From contig NC_043005.1 of the NCBI RefSeq assembly GCF_006345805.1, positions 72,540,001 to 72,604,000 on the forward strand: 64,000 nucleotides of DNA, given 5' to 3'. This DNA is from Octopus sinensis. Lineage: Eukaryota. Shown here piece by piece: positions 1 through 12,282 of this stretch. The position numbers and the translations under genes were made by a program. Position 1 is the stretch's first letter. The number at the start of each line of letters is the position of its first letter. Below the pieces are notes generated by a model. That model made no database searches and was not told the DNA's origin. It worked only from the letters and a program-made list of their open reading frames with translations.

Positions 1-269
1 CAAGAGTGTAGTGGGTGCTTTTACGTGCCACCAGCATGAGGGCCAGTCAGGCGGTATGACCATATAAACAAAAAAACTAAAAAAACAAAACAAAATAACA
101 CACACACACACACACACATACTCACACACATATGCACACACTCATGCATGCACACAAAACTACTGTGAATACACGCAAATTCATTTATAGAGGCTGCTAT
201 TGTTATTAGAAATTATTATTATTGAGAGATTTTAAGGCAAAATTGATACCAAATCCTGCAGAGATAAAC

Positions 270-800
270 TTTGCTTTTCAGCCATCCCTCTGGCATTAGT
301 AATATGAAGTACCTGTCATTATGATAGGAGATTGCTCTCTTAGAATATTCTTTGTCTAAGGACAGACTTGATATTCTGCAAATTATTCTGGCCATAAGGT
401 CCTGATTATGGCTGACTGTTGGTTACAATTCCTACAGATGTATGTACAGTTCTTGATTCCTCTGTCTATAGTTGCAGTGTTTATCTATCCTTAAATCTAA
501 TGTCATGAGTAGGAGGCTGGCTACAGTAAGTTAGAGCTAATTGCTATGCTTAAACCAAATTCCTTAAATATTCTTATTAAATCCTTCCACTGTCCACCTG
601 AATCTATTCATAATGTGGCACTTACTGCCCCATGATACTGTTAAGCCAAAATCACGCACAATCTACCTCACAGAGTAATTGTCTCTGAAAGCAGTAGCTT
701 TAAGTTTTCACCTGCAATACACAGTGGTTAAAGATTGGCAGTTTTGCAGACTGCAATAAATCAGGATACATGAACAAACTTAACAAATGAGAACTGATCT
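270..800 (-). mobile_element. Penelope-like element RT C-terminal remnant
   Basis: Minus-strand broken frames give KDLIRIFKEFGLSIAISSNL..TLDLRI and CRISSLSLDKEYSKRAISY, resembling the PLE RT thumb region (IFKxxGLxIxIxxNxxxVxFLDxTLDL ... RISxLS). Contains stops and frameshifts. Confidence 0.55.
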
Positions 801-977
801 TATAAATCTGCCTATTGATATGATGTCTTCTGCTGTATTTCACAATATTGTCTAAAGTATTGCAGCAGCATACCTTGTTGAGGTTTTATTAACGTTGAAG
901 TCCATCACTGACCTGACTGGTTTCCAGTATGTGTGCGTGTGTGTGTGTGTGTGTGTGTGCGCGTGTGTGTGTGTGTA

Positions 978-1017
<40 letters not shown>

Positions 1018-1182
1018 CGTGTGTGTATTATGAAAACTAGCAAGCTGAAACTTTGAAGTCTGTTGTTAAGCCACATTACTTTGTAAAGAGTAATGTGAAG
1101 AACCAACCTATTCAACAATATCAAGTAATTCTTCAATTTAACATTAAATTGTCTTTTTTAGGACTCTACATAAAACAAACAA

Positions 1183-1352
1183 CACATGACCTTGCAGGTG
1201 GGGGCTCAATTAGAATTTTCTTCAGGTCAAAGTAGTCCATCCCACTCAAAAAGTCCCTGAATAAGGGTTGTTTAAGAATGTTGAACAAAACACCCATATT
1301 TCCAAAGGTGAATTATTCAAACCCCAAAGAATTCCTCTCAACACATGACTCT
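1183..1352 (-). repeat. Repeat family D, partial copy
   Basis: Clearly homologous to 53467-53632 (catgaccttgcaggtgg...cctgaataagggttgtttaag...tctcaacacat). Confidence 0.75.
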
Positions 1353-1399
1353 ATTATTATGTGATGAAAATTCACTACTAATTTTGCTGGGTATAATGG

Positions 1400-1990
1400 A
1401 AGGTGTCAGCTGTCTACTGCCAGCAGACTATGGTGACACTTGTTTATTGGTCATGTTTCAAGAACCTTGCAAAGAATTCTTGTAGTTCCAAGCAATGCTG
1501 ATTTTTGTAGGTGTTCTGCCTTCGCACTACTTGCACCAATCTATGTTGGTAGTTGAGTGCGGATACTTCCAAGTGCACCAATTACTATTGGTATCACGTT
1601 TACTCTATTCATTGACCACAACCTACATATTTCCCACTTTAAATCATCATAGTTGTTTATTTTTTCTTCTTCTTTCACATTGATCCTGTGGTCACTAGGG
1701 CATGCTATGGTCAATAATCATACATGTTCTTTCTTTTTTATTCACTACAACAATGTCTGGTTTCCTATGTCTGGTCAGGTGATCACACTGGATCATTGCA
1801 TCCTACAGAATTTTGCAGTTCTCATTCCTGATAACTCCTCCTGGGGTTTGCTCATACCAGATCCTTGCTCTTTGTTGGCCATGATTTCCACAAGCTCCCA
1901 ATGGATTATTCTTGCCACCTTGTCATGGTGCCGTTTGTATTCACGTTTTGCCAATTTCAGGAATTCGCTAATGATGTGTCTCCGCATTTG
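1400..1990 (-). mobile_element. R4/Dong-clade non-LTR retrotransposon 3' fragment (restriction-like endonuclease domain)
   Basis: Broken frames give HIISEFLKLAKREYKRHHDKVARIIHWEL...IQCDHLTRHRKPDIVVVNKKERTCMIID.ACPSDHRINVKEEEKINNYDDLKWEICRLW..VIPIVIGALG...LQKSALLGTTRILCKVLET*. This is the PD-(D/E)xK RLE signature. Confidence 0.88.
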
Positions 1991-2026
1991 TTATTATCAG
2001 TATTATTATTATTATTATTATGAAGG

Positions 2027-2215
2027 CAGTGAGCTGGCTGAATCTTTAGCTCATTGGGCATAACGCTAGCAGCATCTCTTCCTACATGTTATGTTCTGAG
2101 TTCAAAAACCACTGAGGTTTTCTTTGCCTTTTATTCTTCTGGGGGTCAATGTAATTCACTAACCCAACACCAAATCACCTAAAAAATTTCAAACCTTGTG
2201 CCTAAGTAGGAAGGA
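2027..2215 (+). mobile_element. SINE family B' (tRNA-like head, short tail, ATT/CAT end), decayed
   Basis: ggcagtgagctggctgaatc...ttctgagttcaaa head and ..tgtgcctaagtaggaaggatcatc tail. Related copies at about 3775-3995, 32795-33440, 36370-36560 (-), 42830-42990 and 61800-61960. Confidence 0.6.
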
Positions 2216-2817
2216 TCATCATCATCATCATCATTACCATCATCATCATTGTCGTTGTTGTCATCGTCGTCAACAAAATTTTTTGATTTAATGAAATGTA
2301 TTTTGATTCTTCCTTTGAAATACATAACTTAATCATTTCCATCGTTCTCCTGGCAGATGTATTTGTTCCATTGGCAAGCATTTATGATTCAGTGTGGATT
2401 ACAATTCACTCCTTAATTAGCATTCATCAATGGAATTCAATTATTACTTTTTTCCCGTGCAAAGTAATAGTTTCATTAACCATTAAATTTTCAATCAAAT
2501 CTACATCACCTTTCATCACAATGATTTCGTTCCAATCGCATGCTTTGTATGAATGCATGCATGTGTATATGCATGTGTGCATACAAGTTTCCCATTGAAC
2601 ATTACATCCTATTGGTCCATGCTCTAAAAATAGCGGAATGAAAACACATTTGCTTGTAAAGCAAAGAAGTGTTGGTGACAGGAACTGCATCCAGCCATAA
2701 ACTATTATCTTAAATAAAGTAACTGTTTACCTCAGTGTTTCTCAGCTGGGGTGCATATGGTCTCTGGGAGTCCATATAAGATTTTGCTGTTAAAAATTAT
2801 GTGCATAAGCCAGGGGT

Positions 2818-3264
2818 GTAACCAGCCCGCTTATGCGTACCTTCCCTTCATTGGACACTACTTGCGAAGACCTGTTCAGTCAAGTGAGATCGGAATCGAA
2901 ATCAAATTCGATGACTGACATCCATGCAAGTGGAGCACTAAGAGCACCATCTGAGTGTGATCGTTGCCAGAGCGGCTAACTGGCGTTCGTGCCGGTGGCA
3001 CATAAAATGCACCATTCGAGCGTGATCGTTACCAGCGCCGCCTTACTGGCACTTGTGCCGGTGTGCAGGTGACAAGTAAAAAAAACACAATTTTCCGTGA
3101 CAGTTGCCACTACCACCTGACTGGCCCTCATGCATCCAGCTGTAAAAACTCTGCCAAATCAAGATTGGAACCTGGTGCAGCCACCTAGTTCGCTAGTCCT
3201 CAGTCAAATCATCCAACCCATGCTAGCATGGAAATGGACATTAAATGATGATGATGATGATGAT
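2818..3264 (+). mobile_element. SINE family A (internal GGTGGCACRTAAAA repeats, (GAT)n tail)
   Basis: Shares gcatccagctgtaaaaactctgcca...ccaacccatgctagcatggaaa...ttaaatgatgatg with many other copies in the window. Confidence 0.8.
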
Positions 3265-3486
3265 TGGTTCTACAATACACAAAATATTTTGACAAATCTT
3301 TTAATACAATTTCTAATAATATTTAATCATAAAAGACATTATACGAATTTTTTAACATGGAATGGTTATGAGGGTCCACCCGAATCAAATAAGAAACAAA
3401 GGGGTCCATAAGTTAAAAAATAGTTGAGAACCACTGATCTTACCTCTATTAGCTTTGAAAAGTGAATATTGAATTGAACTAGTGTG

Positions 3487-3740
3487 TCTGTGTGGTAAGA
3501 AGTTGCCTTCTCAACCACATGGTTTTAGGTTCAGTTCCATTGTATGAGACCTTGGACAACCGATGCTGGTGTGTTTACGTCCCCATAACTTAGTTGTTTG
3601 GCAAAAGAGACCGATAGAATAAGTACTAGGCTTACAAAGAATAGGTCCTGGGGTCGATTTGCTCGACTAAAGGCGGTGCTCCAGCATGGCCACAGTCAAA
3701 TGACTGAAACAAGTAAAAGAGTAAAACAGTAAGAGAGTAT
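3487..3740 (+). mobile_element. SINE family C (tRNA-derived head), internally deleted
   Basis: tgtgtggtaagaag...caaccacatggtt..ggttcagt head joined directly to the ggcaaaagagaccgatagaataagtactagg...gactgaaacaagtaaaagagta tail. Confidence 0.8.
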
Positions 3741-4057
3741 ATATATATATATATATATATATTGCTTTAGTTAAGGTGGAAAGCTAGTAGAATCATTAGT
3801 ACAGCAGGTAAAATGTTTAACAGTTTTCCATCCATTTTTTACAATCTAAGTTCAAATTCCACCAAGGTCAACTTTGCCCTTCATCTTCTCAGGGATGTTA
3901 AAATAAATACTAGTTGAGTCATGGGGTTGATGTAATCAGCATAATCACTCCCATGGCATTGCAAGTTTTGAGCCAAAATTTGAAACCAATGTATAAACTG
4001 CTTTAGTCAGAAAATATACTTGTAAATTCAAACAAAATTGTTTATATTTATATATAA

Positions 4058-4398
4058 ACTAGCAGTATCGCCCGGCGTTGCTTGGGTGTCTTTCAACCCT
4101 TTAGAATTGGAATTTTTGAAAAGTAAAAGTTTTGCATTATATAGCTTGTTATTCTCTTTAAGTGAACATTTTTTCAGGTTGAAATACACCGTAAAATGGC
4201 AACACGGCAGTCAAAAAATCATAAAAAATAGGGATTTTCATAGAAAAAAAAACACCTTTTTGATGTCAATAATTTTTGGTGTTAGCATACTCTCAATTTT
4301 GGTCAACTTGTGCCGCAGGGTCTCGGAGGAGATAGTGTTAGTTGAAGGCTACCAAACCTACCCTACACAAACAACTTCAACTTCATATATATAGAGAT
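4058..4398 (+). mobile_element. Helitron/Helentron-type non-autonomous element (HINE/DINE-1-like)
   Basis: Starts ACTAGCAGTATCGCCCGGCGTTGCTTGGG and ends cacaaacaacttcaacttcatatatatagagat. Both termini are shared with 46740-47142. Confidence 0.55.
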
Positions 4399-4835
4399 AT
4401 GTAGCTTTTGCATGTATGTTTTAAACCAGTATACTTCTTAGCATGGTTCTGTATTATTTAGTTTAATAGTTAAATAAACTCTGTGGAAAGTTAGCTAGTT
4501 CTTCTACACAGTAGATTCTTGTTTCTAGCAGATACTTTGTAATTGTAAATTATAAATAACTCTTTGTTGATTCTGTTATGTTGTAATATATTATTGTTTT
4601 CCCTTCTTTATGTAGTTCTTATATTGTAAGACAACAACAGTTGGTCATTCGGTTAGATCTCTACATGACAACTCAAATAAAAGAAAGTTTTTTTTTAAAT
4701 GTTACATTAAATATGATGAAACAGTATATTTGGTGAGACTGCAACTCAACTTAGTGCGATTAAATATTACTGGTGATGCAAAATATAACTTGCTTTAATG
4801 GTATCTGACTACTATTGCAAACATGTTCATAGATA

Positions 4836-5180
4836 CAGGCATGGCTGTGTGGTTATGAACATAGCTTCTCTACCACATGGTTCCAGGTTCAGTCCCTCTG
4901 CATAGCATCTTGGGCAAGTGTCTTCTATTATAACCTCAGGCCAACCAATGCATTATGAGTGAATTTGGTAGGCTGAAACTGTACATGAGAGTCTTTGTGT
5001 TTGTCTTCCCTACCACTGGACAACTGGTCTTGGTTTGTTTACATCCCCCAATGGTTCAGCAAAAGCGACTGATAGAATAAGTTCTAGATTTTGAAAAATA
5101 AGTAGTGGGGTTGATTTGTTCATCTAAACCCTACATGGCAGTGATAACAGTCCAATGACTTAAACAAATATAACATAAAA
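4836..5180 (+). mobile_element. SINE family C, older copy
   Basis: caggcatggctgtgtggtt head, cttgggcaagtgtcttcta, and gatagaataag...aatgacttaaaca tail. Confidence 0.75.
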
Positions 5181-5399
5181 GACAGATACAAGTTTTATGG
5201 GTGCAGGCATGAGTATATGGTTAAGGGATTCAATTATCAACTATATTATAAATTTGGTCTTGTTTTATAGCCCTTTGAGTATGTATCCACCATAGATTTT
5301 TCATTGATATTAACTACAATATACATATATGCAACTGCACATGAACTGTTGGTGATTTTTTCCTCTTTCTTCCTTCTTTCTCTTTGGACTTTTCTGTTT

Positions 5400-5752
5400 T
5401 CCTGTTTCCAATGAAGAGCTATGCTTGAAACATAAAACAACAACCCTCTTTTTTCTCCAAGTGTCATATTGCTTGTGCTATGTCCTCACATTTATATGTT
5501 TTTCTCTTTCTTTTTTCTCCATTTTTGAATTGTGTGTGTGTATATATATATATATATTATATATATATATATATACATACATACATGAGTAAGCACATAA
5601 ATATAGAACAATATGGAAAACTAGCACCTGAATACCAAAGGTAGAGTAAGAGAAAGCTTTATATTAAAGCTGAAAAAGTTTTATCCAATTGTTACTAAGT
5701 AACAGTTTGTGAAGATCTTTCCAGCTTTAATAAAATTGTATACACACACACG

Positions 5753-5787
<35 letters not shown>

Positions 5788-6448
5788 TCTGATTGAATTT
5801 TCCATGTGTTAACATGTACCTCCTTGTGACAATGTAAACTTTAATTTAATCAAGATATCCTTGGTTTAAAGAGTAGCCTACAGTATACATCTCACTTGGA
5901 TATTTTCCACTTCTGATGTTCCACTCACTATGAAACATATGTAGCCCAGATCTTATCTACCGCATTCCTTAACTCTTGTATGTATAAATATATATATATA
6001 TATATATCGCTTGTAGAAAACATAAATCCAAAAGAAGACACACAATTTAAGATGTAGGGCAGTATATATTAAAAATCGGGAAGGCCGGTTTATGGGATAA
6101 CCTTAGGCTTCCCATCGATAAAGGGTTTTGCTTTATGGCATATCATCAGATCCCAAAATCCTGTTGGCCCATGACCTCTCACATACATACATACATACAT
6201 ATATAGAAAAAAACTCAAGGTAGAAAATGCTAAAATAATTTTATTAAAAACATTTGAGTACCAGTTTCGGTCATTGAGACTTTTTCAACTGTAAGTTTGG
6301 AAAATTGTATTGCTTTCCATACTTAAAGTTGAAAAAGTCTCAATGACTGAAACCGGTACTGAAATGTTTTTCATAAAATGACTTAAACATTTTTTACCTT
6401 GATTTTTTTCCATATATATATCAACTCGTGTGTTTCTTTTCAACATTC

Positions 6449-6491
<43 letters not shown>

Positions 6492-6800
6492 AACTTATAA
6501 AACAAGAGCAAAGGTATTTTTTAATATGCTGGCCATTGATAAAATTTTTTCGAAAAATTTTATCCTACATTAGATATATATATATATATAGTTGAAATTT
6601 ACAGGAAAACAAAACGCAAAAACAAGTGTATAAACAACGAGCAGGTGTATTAGTTTAATGCTCAGGAAGGTGAGAAAGTCTTTTACGTTTCGAGCCTACG
6701 CTCTTCAGCAGAAAAGAACACAAGGAAATAAACAGAGAGAGAATGAAAAAATCTTTGGAGCTAACTGTCAATCATAGCAGGTAATCACAGTGGTATGTGA
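5400..6800. ncRNA. Cluster of TA-flanked modules with degenerate hammerhead-ribozyme-like cores
   Basis: CTGAnGA-like..stem..GAAAC-palindrome-GTH motifs at 5409-5434 (+), 5913-5943 (+), 6093-6155 (-), 6329-6358 (+) and 6684-6711 (-). Every copy has at least one core substitution. Confidence 0.45.
6205..6411. repeat. Fold-back (inverted repeat) element with ~85-bp arms
   Basis: 6251-6290 is the reverse complement of 6327-6366 with 3 mismatches in 40 bp. Weaker complementarity extends to 6205/6411. Flanked by TA repeats. Confidence 0.85.
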
Positions 6801-7298
6801 ATACATAGTGCGAAACATATTCATATAGATATGTGTGAGCATTATATATATATATATATATATATACTTATACTTATCATCATATATATATAATTATCAT
6901 CACTTTTATGTTTTCATGTCTGCTTTACCAAGCTGGCATGTATTGGTTGGGTACTCAAAGGCCCATTCAGTTTGTGTTCAGTGTTACTGTGGTCAGGGAC
7001 CACTTATTATTTGTATGTTTCATTTTTAGTCTGCTTCCAGTGACAGAACACACATTTAACACGTTTTTGTAGCTTTTCTTTCACTCCCCACTTTACAGGG
7101 TGTAATTAGGTGCATTCATTATAGCACCAATATATATATATATATATATACTTACACACACACGTCATCATCAGCAAAATAATTGTGGCATAACACAAGA
7201 GGACTCTGTAATCATTGTGTAATGCTTGTTTTCAAATGGGAGAAAGAATATTCAAAATGTATGTGTTTGTGCATTTTGTATCTATCTATCTATATATG

Positions 7299-7330
<32 letters not shown>

Positions 7331-7787
7331 CACGCATACATACACACACACACATACATATATGCACTCACATACACACACACAAATATGATGTCAAAAT
7401 TTTACATGTAAATATATTTTTGTCCTAATTGAAGAGGGAAGAAATCGCCATTTTCAAGAAGTGTGTCTGTTACAGTGAATTTTATTAACGAGATAACAAG
7501 TGCAATTTTTATATTTATTTATTTATTTGTTTATCTATTTACATATTTGTGGGATAACATGCTAAACATAACTTTTTTTATTTGTCACAGTAACATAATT
7601 CAGTTTTTTGATCTAATTACGTTACTCTTCTTGGGTTATAATGCATCAAAATTTTACCTTTTCATTGTTTCTTTTACCTGTAGTATGTATTATTTGTTGT
7701 TGTTATTATTATTACTACTATTACTACTACTTCTACTAATACTATTATTATTATTATTATTATCATTATCTTCTTATTTCATTTCAG

Positions 7788-7858
7788 TTTCCTAAGTTCT
7801 AGTCGGTCACTTGGTGCAAAAGGCTTTCGGCTATCTTGGACAGAAATTAGAGGATCGG
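7788..7858 (+). CDS. Internal exon encoding the C-terminal end of a CUB domain (CUB-LDLa receptor-like gene)
   Basis: Acceptor ttcttatttcatttcAG and donor GTAAGA. Translates (phase 2 start) to FLSSSRSLGAKGFRLSWTEIRGS-G, which fits the CUB terminal strand motif F-x-S...GF-x-x-x-W/Y. Ends in phase 1. Confidence 0.8.
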
Positions 7859-9265
7859 GTAAGAAGAAAATTTCCTCCTTAATTATATTTTTTCTGAATT
7901 TATTCGTAACATGTGCATGTATATGTATGGAGTTTGTATGGGTGCATATGTGTACATTCTTGTGTATGTGCAATTGTATTTGTGTGTGTGTGTGTGTGTG
8001 TGTGTAGTCACTGTTTTCAGTAATAGTGGTAAAACATCTTAAAGGCATTATCAAGTATTTTCATTGAAGTTTTAACTTTCCCCCATCACCAATTCAATCA
8101 AGTACATATTTATATACTTATGTGTTTGTGCAATTTAGAAGATATATTTGGGCACATCATTAAAACACAGTGATATGAGTCCTATCAGAATAGCATTTTA
8201 TATATATATATATATATGAATGTATGTATATATACATAGATGTATATGTGTGTTGTGTTGTGTGTGTGTGTGTATGTATATATACATATAGTCAATTCAA
8301 ATAAGCAATCATTTAAAAAAAAACGAATAATAAAATTAATGGATAACACAAGAAAACATACTCAAAGATTGTATTAGCTTCATGCTTGGTTAAAAAAGAG
8401 TTTAATGTTTTGAGCATAGCTCTTTGTCAGGAAGTAGAAACGGAAAAGAAATCGCCAGGAGGTATGCTTTCCTTCTTAGATTATATCACAGATATTTAAT
8501 AACCCTGTCTACTATAGGTACAAGGCCTAAAATTCTGTGGTGGGAGTTTGTTGATTACATCAACCCTTGTGTTCAACTGGTATGTTTTTTTTTATTAACA
8601 TTGAAAGAATGATATGAAAGTTACCTGCTCGGAATGTAAGCCAGACAAAACGCTGCTAAGCATTTTGCCTGGTTTCCTAATGATGCTGCCAGATCATTAC
8701 CTTCTAGCTGTGTAATAATAAGCTTTATCGTGTTTTATGTTGAATTATTGAAAGAATATACAAAGCATTAACTTGCATAAAGTTATATAATAGGGAAAAC
8801 AAAGTAGATACTTCTTTCTGGACAGCCAAAACAGACCAGCTGCATCCCTGTTTTTGAAGGATGATGACAATGATGATGGTGATCATTCTCATCATCATCA
8901 CAACCACCACCATCATCATCATCATCATCATCCTCTCTTCCATGCTTGTATGGCTCAGGTGAAACTCATTGAGGAAAATTCTCTATGGATGGACGTCCCT
9001 TCTGTTGCCAACCCTCACTTGTTCACAAGCAAGGTAATAATCTGCAAGTTTCTCAAATAATGGTCTTCCTGGACATAGTTGCTTGGGGAACTGGAACCAA
9101 ACAGCACTGTTTGAATGAGCCTTTTGTTTACAGTCACCAAACACTGAACATAGAAAGTAGAGAGGAAATATGAGTTTCCTCATTCAAACACACCCACACA
9201 CACATTCACACATATGTATGTATATGTGATGTGTGCATATGTGTTTTAAATATACATATATATGT

Positions 9266-9418
9266 GGTTGGCGTTAGGAAGGGCATCCAGCTGTAGAAAC
9301 ATTGCCAGATAAGACCGGAGCCGGGTGCAGCCTTCTGGCTTCCCAGATCCCCGGTCGAACTGTCCAACCCATGCTAGCATGGAGAACGGACGTTAAACGA
9401 TGATGATGATGATGATGA
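9266..9418 (+). mobile_element. SINE family A, 3' fragment
   Basis: ggttggcgttaggaagggcatccagctgtagaaac...gacgttaaacgatgatgatg. Confidence 0.85.
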
Positions 9419-10911
9419 TATATATATATATATAATATATATATATATATAGTTCAAATTTATAGTAAAACAAGGGAGGTGTATGAACAGCAAGCAAGTG
9501 TATTATTTTGACACTCAGAAAATGAAAAAGACTTGTAAATTTCAGCAGTGTATGTATGTATATATATATATATATATATACATTTAGAGCTGTTGACACT
9601 GCCACATTAAACGGTACTGCCCAGGTGTCGAAACCATAATGATATCTGTGGTGCAGCTGATGATGGAGGTATGTTGGATTGTTGGTATGACTGTTTTGGT
9701 ATATGTAAAATAGTATTATAACACATCCTTTTGATACACACATGCACACACATATATATACTCACATATATATATTTGTGTGTGTATATAAATGATTATA
9801 TGTGTGCACATGTGTCTATAATACCAGTGAAATTGTAGAAACAGTAGGTTATCAACCTAAATATCTTAGATTGCTTGCTTTCATCAGTGTATGTCCAAAC
9901 TCCTATCTGGTTTTATTTTACCATTTATCATTTCTGGGTTGGTAAACTAAGTTCCAGACAAATAAAAAGACACATGTAATCAACTAAATTCCTCCTTTGA
10001 AGAATCCACGACAATGTGAGAAGTTAAGACTTTGTGGAAACATATGCATATTCTCAAAATGAATAAATGTTCAACCTAAAGGATGTAGAAAAATTTGACT
10101 CTAGAAATTTAGTTTGAAAGTGAAAGTAGAATTCTTATGCAATTTCATTTAATTTTGTTGATGACTTCACATTTGCAATATTTGCAGAATACCAATTATA
10201 CGCTTGATAAGAGCTGTGTCATTGGATAAAACAAATTGGCTAAAAAATGTAGCTAAATGACATTAAGAAAATTCTTTTGTTTTGCTGCCAAAAAACTTAG
10301 ATTTTCTTTACATACAGATAGAAACTGTCTGACATTGATATCACATGTATAATCTTGGGAGGAGGACAACAAATGCCTAGGAAGTTGGGTAATGAATGAG
10401 CTGAATACAATCTGTTACAGATGGTCTTTAAATCTGCTGGCTGAATAGATGGCGAGGAAGCTGACAAAGTACCTTGATTATTAAAAACATCTGATATTGC
10501 TTTTAATTGAGAAATGTGTGAGATGCTATGGATATGCACTGAAAATGGAAAGTATGTATGTATGTGTCCATAATACATATATTCATACAAACAAACACAT
10601 ATGCACACACATACACACACACATACACACGTGCACATACATACGAAGAGAGAGGGAAAGAGGTGAGTTGGTTGCAAATTAACTGAAGAACGCATAGCAT
10701 TGCGTAATTCAAAATTATATGTAACGTTTGATAAAAGAGGAAATGACAAATCAAATGGACAGCTGGATAAGATACAGTTTTGCAAAACCTACCTGTCATG
10801 ATCTTATTCAAAACAAGAATTGTTAAAAGTGGATATCTGAAGGATAATTAGTTCTGCTACAGAATGCACAAACAGCAGTACTGATATCACCATCAAACCA
10901 AAGACAAAGTT

Positions 10912-11372
10912 ATTTCTTCTTCTTCTTCTTTTTCATTTCCTTCTTCTTCTTCTTCTTCTTCTTCTTCTTCTTCTTCTTCTTCTTCTTCTTCTTCTGTTTC
11001 TTCTTCTTCTTCTTCTTCTTCTTCTTCTTCTTCTTCTTCTGCTTCTTCTTCTTTTCCTTCTTCTTCTTCTTCTTCTTCTTCTTCTTCTTCTTCTTCTTCT
11101 TCTTTTTCTTCTTCTTTTTCTTCTTCTTCTTCTCAATATAATTTTTATTGTTCCTCTTCTTCTTTTTCTTCTCCTTCTTTTTCTTCTTCTTTCTCTTCAT
11201 CTTCTTCTTTTCTTTTTCTTCTTCTTCTTCTTCTTCTTCTCAATATTATTATTATTATTCCTCTTCTTCTTTTTCTTCTTCTTCCTCTTCATCTTCTTCT
11301 TTTCATTATTATTATTATTCCTCTTCTTCTTCTTCTACTACTACTACTACTTCTCCTCCTGCTGCTGCTACA
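10912..11372. repeat. Long (CTT)n/(GAA)n polypyrimidine-polypurine tract, grading into TAT/CTA/CTG triplets
   Basis: Read directly. Source of the poly-K/R/F/S ORFs in the track. Confidence 0.97.
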
Positions 11373-11799
11373 AAGAATCAGCAACAGAGCAACATTCGTA
11401 TTTACATACATTTGACAAGACATGCTACATTTAAAAAGAAGTTTCACTGCTATAGACAATACACGCATATCAATGTGCAGCTTTATGCAAGCGAAGAACC
11501 ACAAGAACCAAGTAGCTAAAGTGGTCTCAGACACTCTTTTCCATTTAATCATTTTGACCTTAGTCTTCTTGGTTGAAAATATCTAAATTCTAGACATCTG
11601 AATATACTATATGTCAATGGATTGGTTAAGTCCATTAACCTATACCTGACCATTTTTGAAATAAAATACTCCAGCCATGCTATAAATGATTTTTGAAAAT
11701 CACTCACATTCTACAGAGGGTTAACAAAATAATTTTCTCAAGGAGATGGCTAAGGGCTGAGATCCCTGGTGCATTGCTGTACTCAAGAAGATCTGTCAG

Positions 11800-12282
11800 T
11801 CACAGCAGAGTTGATACTGGTGCTGGTACCAATTAGAAAGCACTTGTGCTGGTGCCACATTGAAAGTAGCGGTGCTGGTGCCACATAAAAAGCACTCAGT
11901 ACACTTTGTGGAGTGTTTGGTGTTAAGAAAGGCATCAAGCTATAGAAACCATGCCAGAACAGTCAATAGAGACTGGGATGGGCCCCTGGCCTTATCACAT
12001 CTGGTCAAAATGTCCAACCCATGCCAGCATGGAAAATGGATGCTGGATGATGATGATAACGATGATGATCCTCATCATGATCATGATGATTGAAATAATG
12101 ATGATGATGATGATCGTGATGATAGTGACGATGATGATGATGATCTTGTGATGATGATGATGAAGATTATGATCATGATCGTGCTGATCGTGATGATCTT
12201 GATGATGATGATGATCATGATGATCATGATGATCGTGATGATGATCATGATGATCGTGATGATGATGATGATGATGATGCAT
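11800..12282 (+). mobile_element. SINE family A with greatly expanded (GAT/CAT)n tail
   Basis: gtgctggtgccacataaaaagcactcag...ccaacccatgccagcatggaaaatgg followed by ~240 bp of GAT/CAT repeats. Confidence 0.75.

Noticed and set aside
9625-9670. GAAAC...CTGATGA as a type II hammerhead
   Set aside because: Stem I cannot form, the cleavage-site base is G, and there is no stem II complementarity.
10910-11552. Poly-K/R/F/S ORFs, and similar poly-H/I/M/Y/C ORFs throughout the window
   Set aside because: Translations of microsatellites.
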